From positions 96,001 through 160,000 of the forward strand of contig JBGARZ010000011.1 of the NCBI GenBank assembly GCA_044229975.1: a stretch of 64,000 nt of DNA, in the 5' to 3' direction. Within the stretch, counting starts at the first letter, position 1, and every line of letters begins with the position of its first letter. The DNA is from Polyangiales bacterium (GTDB lineage Bacteria; Myxococcota_A; Polyangia; Polyangiales; Ga0077539). Below are positions 30,067 to 39,708 of the stretch, one piece after another. The notes beneath the pieces were generated by a model, which was given only the letters and a program-made list of their open reading frames with translations, ran no database searches and was not told the origin of the DNA. A program made the translations under genes and the position numbers.

Positions 30067-30166
30067 CGGACGCTCGCGCAGGCTCGCAGGTGACCACTGC
30101 CGACGCGGGTGGCAGGGTGCCAGATTGGTCACGCACCGCAGTCATCCACAGCGAAGGAGAGTCACC

Positions 30167-30463
30167 ATGATGAGCCTCATCGTCTGGGTCGTTCTCGGCG
30201 TCACCGTGGGCGGGATTGCCAGCCTGCTCTTGAAGACCGACGGGGCCGATCAGAGCCCCGCCGCCAACGTCGGCGCGAGCCTCATCGGCGCCGTCATCGG
30301 CGGCGCCCTCGCCTCCATCGTCGGCTACAACACCGGAGTACGCATCGAGCAGGAGCTGTCGTTCCAGACCGTGCTCTTCTCGGGGGTCGGGGCGATGCTC
30401 GGGCTGTTCGCGGCGAACTTCCTCTGGTACCGCGGCCACCACCCGCACCACGAGGTGCCGTGA
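30167..30463 (+). CDS. GlsB/YeaQ/YmgE family stress-response membrane protein
   Basis: WVVLGVTVGGIAS...IGAVIGG...GAMLGLF. Confidence 0.8.
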   Translation: MMSLIVWVVLGVTVGGIASLLLKTDGADQSPAANVGASLIGAVIGGALASIVGYNTGVRIEQELSFQTVLFSGVGAMLGLFAANFLWYRGHHPHHEVP

Positions 30464-30464
30464 C

Positions 30465-30746
30465 CTACCAGGGCTGATCGGGGAAGTGCGCCGCGGCGTT
30501 GCAACGCGGGCAGCGGCGTAGCCCCTTCGCGCGGAAGGCGATGACGGCCCCGACGCCCGCGCCCGACACGAGCCCGATGCCCGTCCCCAGGTGGAGAATG
30601 CTGCCGCCCACTCCGGCGGCGAGGTTTACGCCGAAGGCCAGCGCCCAGACCCTCCAGTCGGTGATGAGGGCCTTGCCCTTCTCTCCAGGGGACAACTGGC
30701 CGAGCTCACTCGATTCGACCGCCTGATGGCACTTCGGACATTCCAT
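30465..30746 (-). CDS. Small membrane protein with terminal CxxC pairs
   Basis: MECPKCH...two hydrophobic helices...RCPRCN. Confidence 0.65.
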   Translation of the reverse strand: MECPKCHQAVESSELGQLSPGEKGKALITDWRVWALAFGVNLAAGVGGSILHLGTGIGLVSGAGVGAVIAFRAKGLRRCPRCNAAAHFPDQPW

Positions 30747-30869
30747 TGGATCGTTACTCCCTGATCGGTCCGGAGTCTGCCAGAGGCTCGGTGACGACGG
30801 CTACATCCCGAGGTGCGTGGCAGTGTCCGAGTCGGGACACTCCCATCCCGGTGATCCTTGAGATAGGAC

Positions 30870-31127
30870 AACCCACGTCGCTCACGCCGGAGTTCACCGT
30901 GCCGCCCCCTCCGCTCACCGCGCTCGGTTCACTCCGGGCTATTTCAGGCGGATCGCCCCGCCTGAAGCGGGGCTCCAGTGACCACTTCATGGCCATGCTG
31001 TTTTATCCAAGCAGGTAAACAGAGCCCCGCCCCAGGCGGGGCGATCCGCCTGAAATAGCCCGGAGTGAACCGAGCGCGGTGAGCGGAGGGGACGGCACGG
31101 TGAACTCCGGCGTGAGCGACGTGGGTT
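30870..31127. repeat. Long inverted repeat / REPIN-like hairpin element
   Basis: ~106-bp arms 30870-30975 and 31022-31127 with 3 mismatches and a 46-bp spacer. Confidence 0.93.
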
Positions 31128-31242
31128 CTCAACCTGGGACACTGGGCCTCCGCTCAGGGCACCACCGGGTGCGCGGTTGACACCCCGGCCCCCGCTCCTC
31201 GTACCCTCGCGGCCTCGCCACCCCTGACCGGAGCGGAGCCGC

Positions 31243-32211
31243 TTGTACCCCACCACCCTCAGCCGCATCGCGCTCGCCCTTCTCGGCGCGCTCGCCCTCG
31301 ACGCGTGCAACCTCCGTCGGCTCACCGCCGACTCCACGGCCGACCTGCTGCACGCCGGTTCGCCGCAGATCAACACCCTCGAAGACATCGACTTCGCCGA
31401 GGCCGGCGCGCCCGCGAGCCTCGTCGCCGTCGAGAGCGTCTGGCGCGTCGCCCGCGACAACGAAGACCTCCTCGTCGAGCTCGTGCAGGGCTACGCGTCG
31501 TACGGGTACGCCTTTCTCGAAGACCACATGGAGCGCGCCCGCGCCGCCGACAACGAGGAGCGCGAGGAGTACTGGCGCTTCCGAGCGCGCGCAGCGTACC
31601 GGCGCGGGAAGATGTTCGGGCTGATCTTCCTCGACGTGCGGCACCACGCCGACGGCGGCGCCGAGGCCGTCACCCGACGCGGCATCGACCCGTGGCGCGC
31701 GTACCTCCAGCGCTTCGACAGCCCCGAGGATGTCCCCGCCCTCTACTGGACCGCCAACGCCTGGGCCTCGCTCATCTCGCTGAGCGTCGACGACTCCTCG
31801 GCGCTGCTCGACCTGCCCTTCGCCGTCGCCCTCGCCGAGCGCGCCCGCCAGCTCGACCCGCACTACTACCGCGGCGCCATCGACGCGCTCTTCGCCGTCT
31901 ACCACGCGAGCACGCCGACCAGCCTCGGCGGACAGCCCGACCTCGCGCGCCGGGAGTTCGAGGCCGCGCTCGCCACCTCCCATCGCGCGATGCTCACGTA
32001 CCAGGTGCTCTACGCCCGCACCTACGCCATCCAGGTGCAGGACCGCGCGCTCTACACCCGACTTCTCCAGGAGGTCATCGACGCGGGGGACGTGCTGCCC
32101 GACGAGCGCCTCGCCAACCTCGTCGCCAAGCGCCGCGCGCTGCGATATCTCACCGAGGCCGACGCGCTCTTTCCCCCCGCCGAGGCGCCCGCTGCCGAGG
32201 TGCCCCCTTGA
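31243..32211 (+). CDS. TRAP-associated TatT (TAtT) lipoprotein
   Basis: Lipobox LDAC, GYASYGYAFLED, LGGQPDLARREFE and LANLVAKRRA; upstream of dctP. Confidence 0.85.
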   Translation: MYPTTLSRIALALLGALALDACNLRRLTADSTADLLHAGSPQINTLEDIDFAEAGAPASLVAVESVWRVARDNEDLLVELVQGYASYGYAFLEDHMERARAADNEEREEYWRFRARAAYRRGKMFGLIFLDVRHHADGGAEAVTRRGIDPWRAYLQRFDSPEDVPALYWTANAWASLISLSVDDSSALLDLPFAVALAERARQLDPHYYRGAIDALFAVYHASTPTSLGGQPDLARREFEAALATSHRAMLTYQVLYARTYAIQVQDRALYTRLLQEVIDAGDVLPDERLANLVAKRRALRYLTEADALFPPAEAPAAEVPP

Positions 32212-33209
32212 CCCGCACCGCCCTCGCCCTCGCTCTCATCGTCCCGGCCGCGGTCGTCGCGCAGCCCGCGGCCACCGCGCCCGCGCCGCGCACGCTCTCC
32301 GTCGCCACGCTCGCGCCCATCGGCTCCACCTGGATGCGCGGCTTCGACGCCTGGAACCGCGAGCTCCGCCGGCGCACCCACGGCGCCCTCGCGCTGCGCT
32401 TCTACCCCAACGGGGTGCAGGGCGATGAGGCCGAGGTGGTGCGGAAGATCCGCGCGCGACGGATCGACGGCGCGGCGCTCACGGGCGTCGGGCTCGGGGA
32501 GATCCACCGCCCGACGCTGGTGTTTCAATCACCGGGGCTCTTCGCGGACTACGCGCAGCTCGACCGGGCGCGCGACGCGATGCGGCCCGAGCTCGACGCG
32601 GCCTACGCGCAGGCGGGCTTCACGCTGCTGGGGTGGGGCGACGCCGGGCTCGATCGGGTGTTCTCCACGCGGGCGATTCCGGGGCCCGCGGAGTTTGCGT
32701 CGACGCATCCGTTTCAGTGGCGCGAAGACCTCGTGGCCGAACCGCTCTACGCCGAGCTGCATGCGCGGGGGGTTCCGCTCCAGATCGGCGAGGTGCTCAC
32801 GTCGCTACAGACGCACCAGATCGACACGATCATCGCGAGCCCCATCGCGGTGGCGTCGCTCCAGTGGGCCGCGCAGCTCTCGCACATGACCGACCACCCG
32901 GTCGCCATCGAGATCGGCGCGCTGGTGTTCGGCCGCTCGCAGGTGGAGGGCCTCGCGCCTGAGTTGCAGACGGCGCTGCGCGAGACCGCCGCGCAGTATG
33001 CGGGTCTCCTCCAGCGCAACGTGCGCCGCGACGACGACGGAACCGTCACCCCGCTCCGCGCCCACGGCATGGTCGTCGACACGCCGACGGCGGCGCAGCG
33101 GGAGCAGTGGCAGTCGGCCTTCGCCCGAACGCGCGCGCGGCTGGTGGGCACGCTCGCCGACGCGGCCTTCTTCCAGCGGGTCGAGCGGGCGCGCGACCAG
33201 GGTCACTGA
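32208..33209 (+). CDS. dctP: TRAP transporter substrate-binding protein DctP (TatP-type)
   Basis: ATLAPIGSTW, FYPNGVQGDEAEVVRKIR, LLGWGDAG and EVLTSLQT motifs. Confidence 0.88.
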   Translation: MTRTALALALIVPAAVVAQPAATAPAPRTLSVATLAPIGSTWMRGFDAWNRELRRRTHGALALRFYPNGVQGDEAEVVRKIRARRIDGAALTGVGLGEIHRPTLVFQSPGLFADYAQLDRARDAMRPELDAAYAQAGFTLLGWGDAGLDRVFSTRAIPGPAEFASTHPFQWREDLVAEPLYAELHARGVPLQIGEVLTSLQTHQIDTIIASPIAVASLQWAAQLSHMTDHPVAIEIGALVFGRSQVEGLAPELQTALRETAAQYAGLLQRNVRRDDDGTVTPLRAHGMVVDTPTAAQREQWQSAFARTRARLVGTLADAAFFQRVERARDQGH

Positions 33210-33578
33210 GCGGGCGACGCGGGCTGATCGACCCGGAAGACGAACACCCGCGAGCGGGCGGTCTCCACGGGCCCGCGCTCGTCCCCCGCGACCTCGACGC
33301 GATGCCAGCCGCCGCCTTCGCCCACGAGCTCGCGCGCCCCGAAGTGGCGCCGCCCGACCCGGCGATGGTCGAGCGGTGGCTGCAACAGACCTGCGGCGTG
33401 GGCCGTACCGCCGACGCGGCGTGGGGCGCGGCGCACGTGCGGGTGCCGGTCGCCATCGACGAGTGCTCGGGCGAGTCCCGCCGCCGGTGTCGTCATCGCA
33501 ACGAGCGCAACGCGGCCGCGGCGCTGACCATGGCGTGCGAAGCCAACGTCGTCGGAGAACTCCGCCGCTGAACCCCTC

Positions 33579-34184
33579 TCAGGGCAGGACGGCGGTGACT
33601 TCGACGACACCGCTGGCGACTCCGCCGATGAGCACGTCGACGACGTCCCCGAGGCCATAGGTCGCACGCGTGCGGTAGACGGGCGTCGAGGCCGTCGCGT
33701 CGGGCGAGGCGTACCGCTCGACGCAGCGATCGACCAGGTTGACGATCCAGTACACGGGGATGCCGGCGCGAGCGTAGCTGCGCAACTTGATGCCGCGATC
33801 GCGGTCGAGCGTGGAGTCGGACACCTCGACGACCAACGCGACATCCCCAGCGCCCGGGTGACGATCGGGATAGTCCTCCGCGCGGCCACGGATCACCGCC
33901 AGGTCTGGCTCGGGCTCACCGTCGTCGAGGGTGATCGGATCTTGCGAGCGCACCGACCAGCCGTCGGGGATGTGCCCAACGAGCGCGTGCAGGAGCTTCG
34001 CCAGCGCGATGACGTGCGGCGGGTTCTTCGCCTTCTTGAGCACCAGCACCCCTTCGAGGAGCTCGATGGGATCGTCGTCCGTGAACACCCCGGCGCGGAT
34101 GGCGGCGTGATACTGCGCCACCGACATCCGGTAGACGGGCTCGACGGGGACGACCTGCCGGGAATGGAGGACGTTCGCGAACAT
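33579..34184 (-). CDS. Uma2 family endonuclease
   Basis: IELLEG, EPEPDLAV, LVVEVSDST and YARAGIPVYWIVNL motifs. Confidence 0.93.
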   Translation of the reverse strand: MFANVLHSRQVVPVEPVYRMSVAQYHAAIRAGVFTDDDPIELLEGVLVLKKAKNPPHVIALAKLLHALVGHIPDGWSVRSQDPITLDDGEPEPDLAVIRGRAEDYPDRHPGAGDVALVVEVSDSTLDRDRGIKLRSYARAGIPVYWIVNLVDRCVERYASPDATASTPVYRTRATYGLGDVVDVLIGGVASGVVEVTAVLP

Positions 34185-34303
34185 CGACTTCCTTCCTACC
34201 ACCACCGGGTCAGTGGCGCGCCATGGACCAACGCCCGCGTCCGCACGTAGCCTCCCGACCCGATGGTGACGCACACGACGGGACCTGAAACGTGGAGGGC
34301 GCC

Positions 34304-35023
34304 ATGAGCCGCGCGGTGGCGCTCGACGACCTGGCGCGGGCGATGGCGGGCCGCGACGCGACGATGCCCGCGGAGGTCGCGCTGGCCATCGCGTTGATGG
34401 CGGTCGACGCGATGGACGACGACGCCATGACGCTCGACCCGTCCGGGGTCGAGGTCGACGGCCGCGGGGTGGTGCGTCTCAGCGCGCCGTGCGCACTGAC
34501 CGACGACGCCCGCGCCCCGCAGGTCGGCGTGCTGACCCTGCTGGAGGCGATGCGGGTGGCGCCGTCGTCGCGCGTCGCGGCGCTGCTCTCGCGGCTGCGA
34601 TCGCAGACGACCTACACGCTCACGGCGCTGCGGGCCGAGCTCGCGGCGCAGGTCCCGGCCGACCGCGCATCGGCGCAGCGAGCGGTGGGCACGACGGTGC
34701 GGGAGTTCTTCCGACCGGCGCGCGAGGAGTTCGAGGCCGAGGAGGCGCGCGCCGCGGTGGCGGCGCCGGTGGTGGCAGCGCCGGTCGCGAAGCCCAAGGA
34801 CGACGTGGTGCAGGCGCTCATCGCGGAGGCGAAGGCGGCCGAGGCCGAGGCCGCGGTGATGCCCGGTCGACAGGCGACGGTGAGCATCGTCGGGGCCGAC
34901 CCGGCGCCGCTGCGGCCGCCGCCGCCGGAGCCGAAGCGCGGCCCCAACGTGCTCGTCCTCGTCGCGGTGGTGGTGGCAGTGCTGTTGGTGCTCGCGCTGG
35001 TTGCGAGCCGACTCCGCGGCTGA
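34304..35023 (+). CDS. Hypothetical protein with C-terminal TM helix
   Basis: ORF with typical codon usage; hydrophobic C-terminus. Confidence 0.65.
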   Translation: MSRAVALDDLARAMAGRDATMPAEVALAIALMAVDAMDDDAMTLDPSGVEVDGRGVVRLSAPCALTDDARAPQVGVLTLLEAMRVAPSSRVAALLSRLRSQTTYTLTALRAELAAQVPADRASAQRAVGTTVREFFRPAREEFEAEEARAAVAAPVVAAPVAKPKDDVVQALIAEAKAAEAEAAVMPGRQATVSIVGADPAPLRPPPPEPKRGPNVLVLVAVVVAVLLVLALVASRLRG

Positions 35024-35068
35024 CGCGTCCTTGATGCCGCCGCTCCCGCCGTGCTCCCCTCCCGCGCC

Positions 35069-36553
35069 ATGAAGACCGTCACTCGCGCGCTGATCGTCGC
35101 GTTGTTCGTCGCCGGCTGTGGCGCTCGCACGCTGCTCCGCGAGCCGCTCGACCCCTCCGACGCGGGCGACGTGACCGACACGCCGCCCACCAACGAGCTC
35201 CCACCGCTGCCCGACGTCCCCGTCGTCGACCGACCGCCCGTGCCCGACATCACCCCAGGCTGCGCCGACTTCCAGACGCTCTGCTCGGGCCGCTGCGTCG
35301 ACACCCGCAGCGACAACGTCAACTGCGGCGCGTGCGGCCTCGCCTGCGCCGAGAGTGCATGCGTCAACGGCCGGTGCCGCACGGCGCCCTGCACGGCGCC
35401 CACCTCGCTCTGCGGCGTCCGCTGCGTCGACCTCTCCACCGACCGGTCCAACTGCGGCGGCTGCAACACCGTCTGCGCTCCCGGGCAGACCTGCACCGGC
35501 GGGCGCTGCTTCAGTGACTGCGGCGGGCCGGGGCGCACCCTCTGCGGGAGTCTCTGCGTCGACCTCTCCACCGACTCCGCCAACTGCGGCGCCTGCGGCC
35601 GCGCCTGCCCCTTCGGCGCGGCGTGCAGCGGCGGCGTCTGCGCCCCGATCTGCGCGCCCGGCACGATCTTCTGCGGCGGGCTGTGCGCGGACCCGCGGTC
35701 GGACTCCACCAACTGCGGCGCCTGCGGCCTGGTCTGCCCGGCCGGCATGACGTGCCAGGCGGGCGCCTGCGGGAGGGCGCCGCCGCTCACGGGCGTGAAC
35801 TTCCAGATCACGCGCCTGCTGCCCACGAACTGCGTCTCGGTCGATCACGAGCGGGCGACGGGCGACGACCGCGGCGGCATCGCCATCTCGCGCGAGAGCG
35901 TCTTCTACAACGGCGACATGAGCGTCGGGCGCTTCGACCTCGACACGCTCGCGGTCCGCCCCATCGGGCGCGTCGACGACGGGCTGCTCTCCGACCTCGC
36001 GTCGGGGCAGGTGTACTCGCTTCGACAGATGGGCATGCCCGTGCCCATGGCCGGGGCCGCCACGATCACCGACCTCGCGCTCATCAACGGCCTCACCGGG
36101 GCGCCGCTGGGGATGTCGCAGCAGCTCTCGACCCCCATCCGATTGCCCGGCCTCTCACCCGTCGGAATCTTCTCGGGCTACGGCCGCGCGGTGATCTTCA
36201 CAGGCCGACGCGCCTACAACATCGACCTCCCGTCGGGGGTCGTGACCGACCTCGGGTCGATCGACGTCTCGATCGTCATGGCCTCGTGCGAGACGTGGGC
36301 GTCGTGGGGCGTCGCGGAGTTCTTCGAGGGAGCGATCTCGCTCGTCTACATCAACGGCCCCAACGCCATCCGGCGCACCCGCCTCCCCGCCGGCCCGACC
36401 ACCGACGTCGCGACCTTCCGGCAGCTCGGCGACATGTGCTCGTTCACCGTCGACCCGAACCGCAACCGCTGGTACTGGCACCACGAGGTCTCGTCACAGT
36501 TCGCGAGCGGCGCCGAAAACCTCGGGTACTGCGACGCCACGTTCGCCAGGTAA
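35069..36553 (+). CDS. Cys-rich repeat lipoprotein with C-terminal globular domain
   Basis: Lipobox VAGC, 4 CVDxxxDxxNCGxC-type repeats, TGDDRGGIA domain. Confidence 0.83.
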   Translation: MKTVTRALIVALFVAGCGARTLLREPLDPSDAGDVTDTPPTNELPPLPDVPVVDRPPVPDITPGCADFQTLCSGRCVDTRSDNVNCGACGLACAESACVNGRCRTAPCTAPTSLCGVRCVDLSTDRSNCGGCNTVCAPGQTCTGGRCFSDCGGPGRTLCGSLCVDLSTDSANCGACGRACPFGAACSGGVCAPICAPGTIFCGGLCADPRSDSTNCGACGLVCPAGMTCQAGACGRAPPLTGVNFQITRLLPTNCVSVDHERATGDDRGGIAISRESVFYNGDMSVGRFDLDTLAVRPIGRVDDGLLSDLASGQVYSLRQMGMPVPMAGAATITDLALINGLTGAPLGMSQQLSTPIRLPGLSPVGIFSGYGRAVIFTGRRAYNIDLPSGVVTDLGSIDVSIVMASCETWASWGVAEFFEGAISLVYINGPNAIRRTRLPAGPTTDVATFRQLGDMCSFTVDPNRNRWYWHHEVSSQFASGAENLGYCDATFAR

Positions 36554-36598
36554 CGCGAGCCTCCCTCGGACCTCGCCCAACCATCGTAGAGCCGCACC

Positions 36599-37651
36599 GT
36601 GAGCGCCGCTTCCCCTCCCCTCCACGCCTTCATCTCGTCCGCGGGCTTCGAGGGTGCGCTCGCGGGCGAGCTCGGCGCCGTCGACCGCGCCGAGGGTGAG
36701 CCCCGTTGGCCTTCGATCGTCACCGTCCGTCGCGCGCTGCCGTCGCCCGTCGATCCGATCTTCGCGCGGCAGCAGATGCCCTCCGCCTCCTTCGTGCGAG
36801 GGGAGACACCCGCGGACGCAGCGGAGGCGGCGTTCGCGGTCTTTGCGCCCGTCCTCGACGCCGAAGATCGCACCTTCACCCTGCACGTCTTCGTCCCCAA
36901 CGCCGAGCAGTACCAGAGCCTCAGCGCGCGGGTGCAGGAGACCGAGGCCGCGCTGCTGGCGGTGCTGCGCGCGCGTCGTCGGGCGTCGTTTCGTCGCTAC
37001 GCCGCTCGCCCGGCGCGGGCGCGTTGGGCGGAGGTGGTGGTGTTGCAGGTCGCCATCGTCGGTCGCACCTCGCTGCTCGTGTCGGCGGCGCGACCGCGCG
37101 CGCTCCCGTCGGGCGGCTTCGACGTGATGCCCTGGCCCGCGGGCATCGCGCCCGTCGCCGACGACAAGACCGCGCCGTCGCGGGCTTACGGGAAGTTCGA
37201 AGAGGGCCTCGCGTGGATGGGCCTCGCGCCCGCCGCGGGCGAGTCGTGCGTCGACCTCGGCGGATCACCAGGAGGCTGGTCATGGAAGGCGCTGGTGCGC
37301 GGCGCGCGCGTGACCGCCGTCGACCGCTCACCCCTCGCACCGCCCGCGCTGGGTCACGCGTCGCTCGAGATGGTGATCGGGAGCGCGTTCGATTACCGCC
37401 CGCCCGCCCCCGTCGACTGGCTCATCTGCGACGTCATCTGCGAGCCGCCACGAACCATCGATCTGGTCGACCGCTGGATGAAGGACGGCCTCTGTCGACG
37501 GGTCGTCGCCACGGTGAAGTTCAAGGGCAAGGAGGGCTACGACGTGCTCGCCGCGGCACGCCTCCGCCTCGCCGCCCGGGGTTGGCCCTTCCTTCGGTTG
37601 AAGCACCTCGAACGGCACCACAACGAAGCGGTGATCCTGGCGGCGCGCTGA
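36599..37651 (+). CDS. rlmM: RlmM-like (FtsJ family) 23S rRNA 2'-O-methyltransferase
   Basis: APSRAYxKxEE, VDLGGSPGGWS, VTAVDR and DWLICDV motifs. Confidence 0.8.
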   Translation: MSAASPPLHAFISSAGFEGALAGELGAVDRAEGEPRWPSIVTVRRALPSPVDPIFARQQMPSASFVRGETPADAAEAAFAVFAPVLDAEDRTFTLHVFVPNAEQYQSLSARVQETEAALLAVLRARRRASFRRYAARPARARWAEVVVLQVAIVGRTSLLVSAARPRALPSGGFDVMPWPAGIAPVADDKTAPSRAYGKFEEGLAWMGLAPAAGESCVDLGGSPGGWSWKALVRGARVTAVDRSPLAPPALGHASLEMVIGSAFDYRPPAPVDWLICDVICEPPRTIDLVDRWMKDGLCRRVVATVKFKGKEGYDVLAAARLRLAARGWPFLRLKHLERHHNEAVILAAR

Positions 37652-37709
37652 CGGGCCCTCGCCGCGCGAGCGCATTGCGCTGCGGAGCAGTGGTCACCAT
37701 GCAGGCGCC

Positions 37710-37961
37710 ATGACCATCGAGACTCTCATCACCTGGGCCGTCGTGGGACTCATCGCCGGCTGGCTCGCCTCGGCCGTCGTGGGCGGCGCGCTCGGCCTCA
37801 TCGGCGACATCGTCGTCGGCGTCGTCGGCGCCTTCATCGGCGGCTTCGTCTTCCGGCAGCTCCACGTCGCGGTTCCCTTCGGCGGCCTGCCCGGAACCAT
37901 CTTCGTCGCCTTCATCGGCGCGATCATCCTGCTCGGGGTGCTCCGCCTGATTCGTCGGTAG
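37710..37961 (+). CDS. GlsB/YeaQ/YmgE family membrane protein
   Basis: VGLIAGWLA...DIVVGVVGAFIGG...IGAIILL. Confidence 0.92.
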   Translation: MTIETLITWAVVGLIAGWLASAVVGGALGLIGDIVVGVVGAFIGGFVFRQLHVAVPFGGLPGTIFVAFIGAIILLGVLRLIRR

Positions 37962-38041
37962 CATCGAGCGAGTCACGCGGCCGACCCTCACTGGCAACGA
38001 TCCTCCTCGCGGATTCCTGTGGTACCCCGACGGCACCACCG

Positions 38042-39136
38042 ATGAACCCTCACCGGCACCTCGCGTTGCTCTGCGCCCTCTCGCTGCAACCCGCCTGCGC
38101 GCGTCGCACCCGCGATCGCGGCAACGATCAACCCGCTGCCGCGCAGCCCGTCGCGCAGCCCGTCGCACGGCCCGCCACGCAGCCCGCTGTCGCACAGCCC
38201 GCCGCGCAGCCCGCCGCGCCGGAAGCAGCGCCAGCGCCGATCCCCGCGCCGACGGCGCCGATCACCCTTCAGCGCTCCATCGCGATCGGCCGCTGGCCCG
38301 AAGGGCTCTCCGCCCATGGCACCGAAGCGTGGGTGGCCGAGAGCGGCGGACGGACCATCGCCCACGTCGACTACGTCACCGGCGTCGTGCTCGGCCGAAC
38401 CCGCGCGGGGCGCCTGCCCACCCGCGTTCATCTCTCGGGTGACGGCACCGTCCAGGTCATGTCGGTGACCGATCAGACCGTCTGGACGCAGCCGCCCGGC
38501 GCCGCCGAGGTCACCCGACTGGCGCGCCTGCCCGACGCCCCGCAAGACGCGGTCTGGGCCGAGGACGGAACCCTCTGGGCGCTGCTCTGGACCCACGGTT
38601 CGTCGGCCTCGGGCGCGATCGTCCGCGTCGGGCCGGGCGACGCGTCGGTGACCCGCGTGGCCGAGGTCGGAGCGGACGCGATGTCCCTCACGGTCGGGCA
38701 CGGCAAGGTGTGGGTCGCGCACCATGGCGGCATCGTCTCGGTGGTCGACACGACGACCGGACAGGCGCTTCCGCCGCTCGCCGTCGAAGGGTTTCACAAC
38801 CAGATCGCGGCCTGCGCCCACGGCGTCTACGTGAGCGACCGCAACGCCGTGATCCGCATCGACCCGGCGACGGCGACGGTGTCGGGGCGCCAGTCGCTCA
38901 CCGACGACCCGCGCGCGCTGGCCTGCTCGGTCGACGGCGCGCTGTGGGCCATCGGGGCGCACGGACAGATCGGCCGGCTCGACCCGGCCTCGCTCGCCGT
39001 GGTCTCCACGGCGTCGCCGCCGATGGCCTTCGAGCCCGCCGCAGCACAGGTGGCCAACGGCAGCCTGCTGGTCACCACGCACGCCTACGGCGCGGGCGAC
39101 GCGGCCGGCGCGCTGCTGGTGTTCAACGCGCGGTGA
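38042..39136 (+). CDS. Secreted or lipoprotein beta-propeller (YncE/Vgb-like)
   Basis: Signal peptide ending QPAC, AQP linker, repeated G.xW blades. Confidence 0.75.
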   Translation: MNPHRHLALLCALSLQPACARRTRDRGNDQPAAAQPVAQPVARPATQPAVAQPAAQPAAPEAAPAPIPAPTAPITLQRSIAIGRWPEGLSAHGTEAWVAESGGRTIAHVDYVTGVVLGRTRAGRLPTRVHLSGDGTVQVMSVTDQTVWTQPPGAAEVTRLARLPDAPQDAVWAEDGTLWALLWTHGSSASGAIVRVGPGDASVTRVAEVGADAMSLTVGHGKVWVAHHGGIVSVVDTTTGQALPPLAVEGFHNQIAACAHGVYVSDRNAVIRIDPATATVSGRQSLTDDPRALACSVDGALWAIGAHGQIGRLDPASLAVVSTASPPMAFEPAAAQVANGSLLVTTHAYGAGDAAGALLVFNAR

Positions 39137-39602
39137 CGCTTCCGTCGAGCACCTCGGCGAGCTCGAACAGGTTGCCGAAGGGGTCGGCGAAAAACGCGAG
39201 GCGCCGACGGATCACCGGCAGCACGAAGGGCTCGGTGACGATCGTCACGCCGCGGCGGCGCAGCTCCGCGACGGTCGCGTCGACGTCGTCCACCTGAAGG
39301 CAGACGTGGTGGTAGCCAGCGACGCGGAGGCTGTCCGAGAGGTCGGTGTACGCCGCCTTCGCGGTCGGAGCGGGCGTCCCGTCGCCGAGGATCTCGACGT
39401 AGAACCCGTCGTCGTTGGGAGGCGCGACGTAGGCGAGCCGCTGGTCCTCGTAGGGCCACTCGTGGACGACGCGGAAGTCGAGCATCTCCGTGAACCAGCG
39501 CTTCTCGACCTCGTAGTCGGGGACGCGCACGGCGACGTGGTGGCCGCGCATGGAGGCGAAGGCGCTCGACGGATTCGGGGCGGGTGGATGTTGCAGGGAC
39601 AT
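39123..39602 (-). CDS. VOC/glyoxalase family protein
   Basis: HHVAVRV, GYHHVCLQVDD and FFADPFGNLFEL motifs. Confidence 0.92.
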   Translation of the reverse strand: MSLQHPPAPNPSSAFASMRGHHVAVRVPDYEVEKRWFTEMLDFRVVHEWPYEDQRLAYVAPPNDDGFYVEILGDGTPAPTAKAAYTDLSDSLRVAGYHHVCLQVDDVDATVAELRRRGVTIVTEPFVLPVIRRRLAFFADPFGNLFELAEVLDGSVTAR

Positions 39603-39708
39603 GACGGTGCTCCTCGTAGACACGCGGGCGAAGCGCTCGCGACGTCCTCAACCTGCGCTCGCAACACTCCCCGGAGAATCGACGCAATGGTCATGGCACT
39701 CTGCACCC

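Noticed and set aside
33210..33571. Possible small gene between dctP and Uma2
   Set aside because: Coding-like on + but no convincing start or family; may be a remnant and cannot be supported
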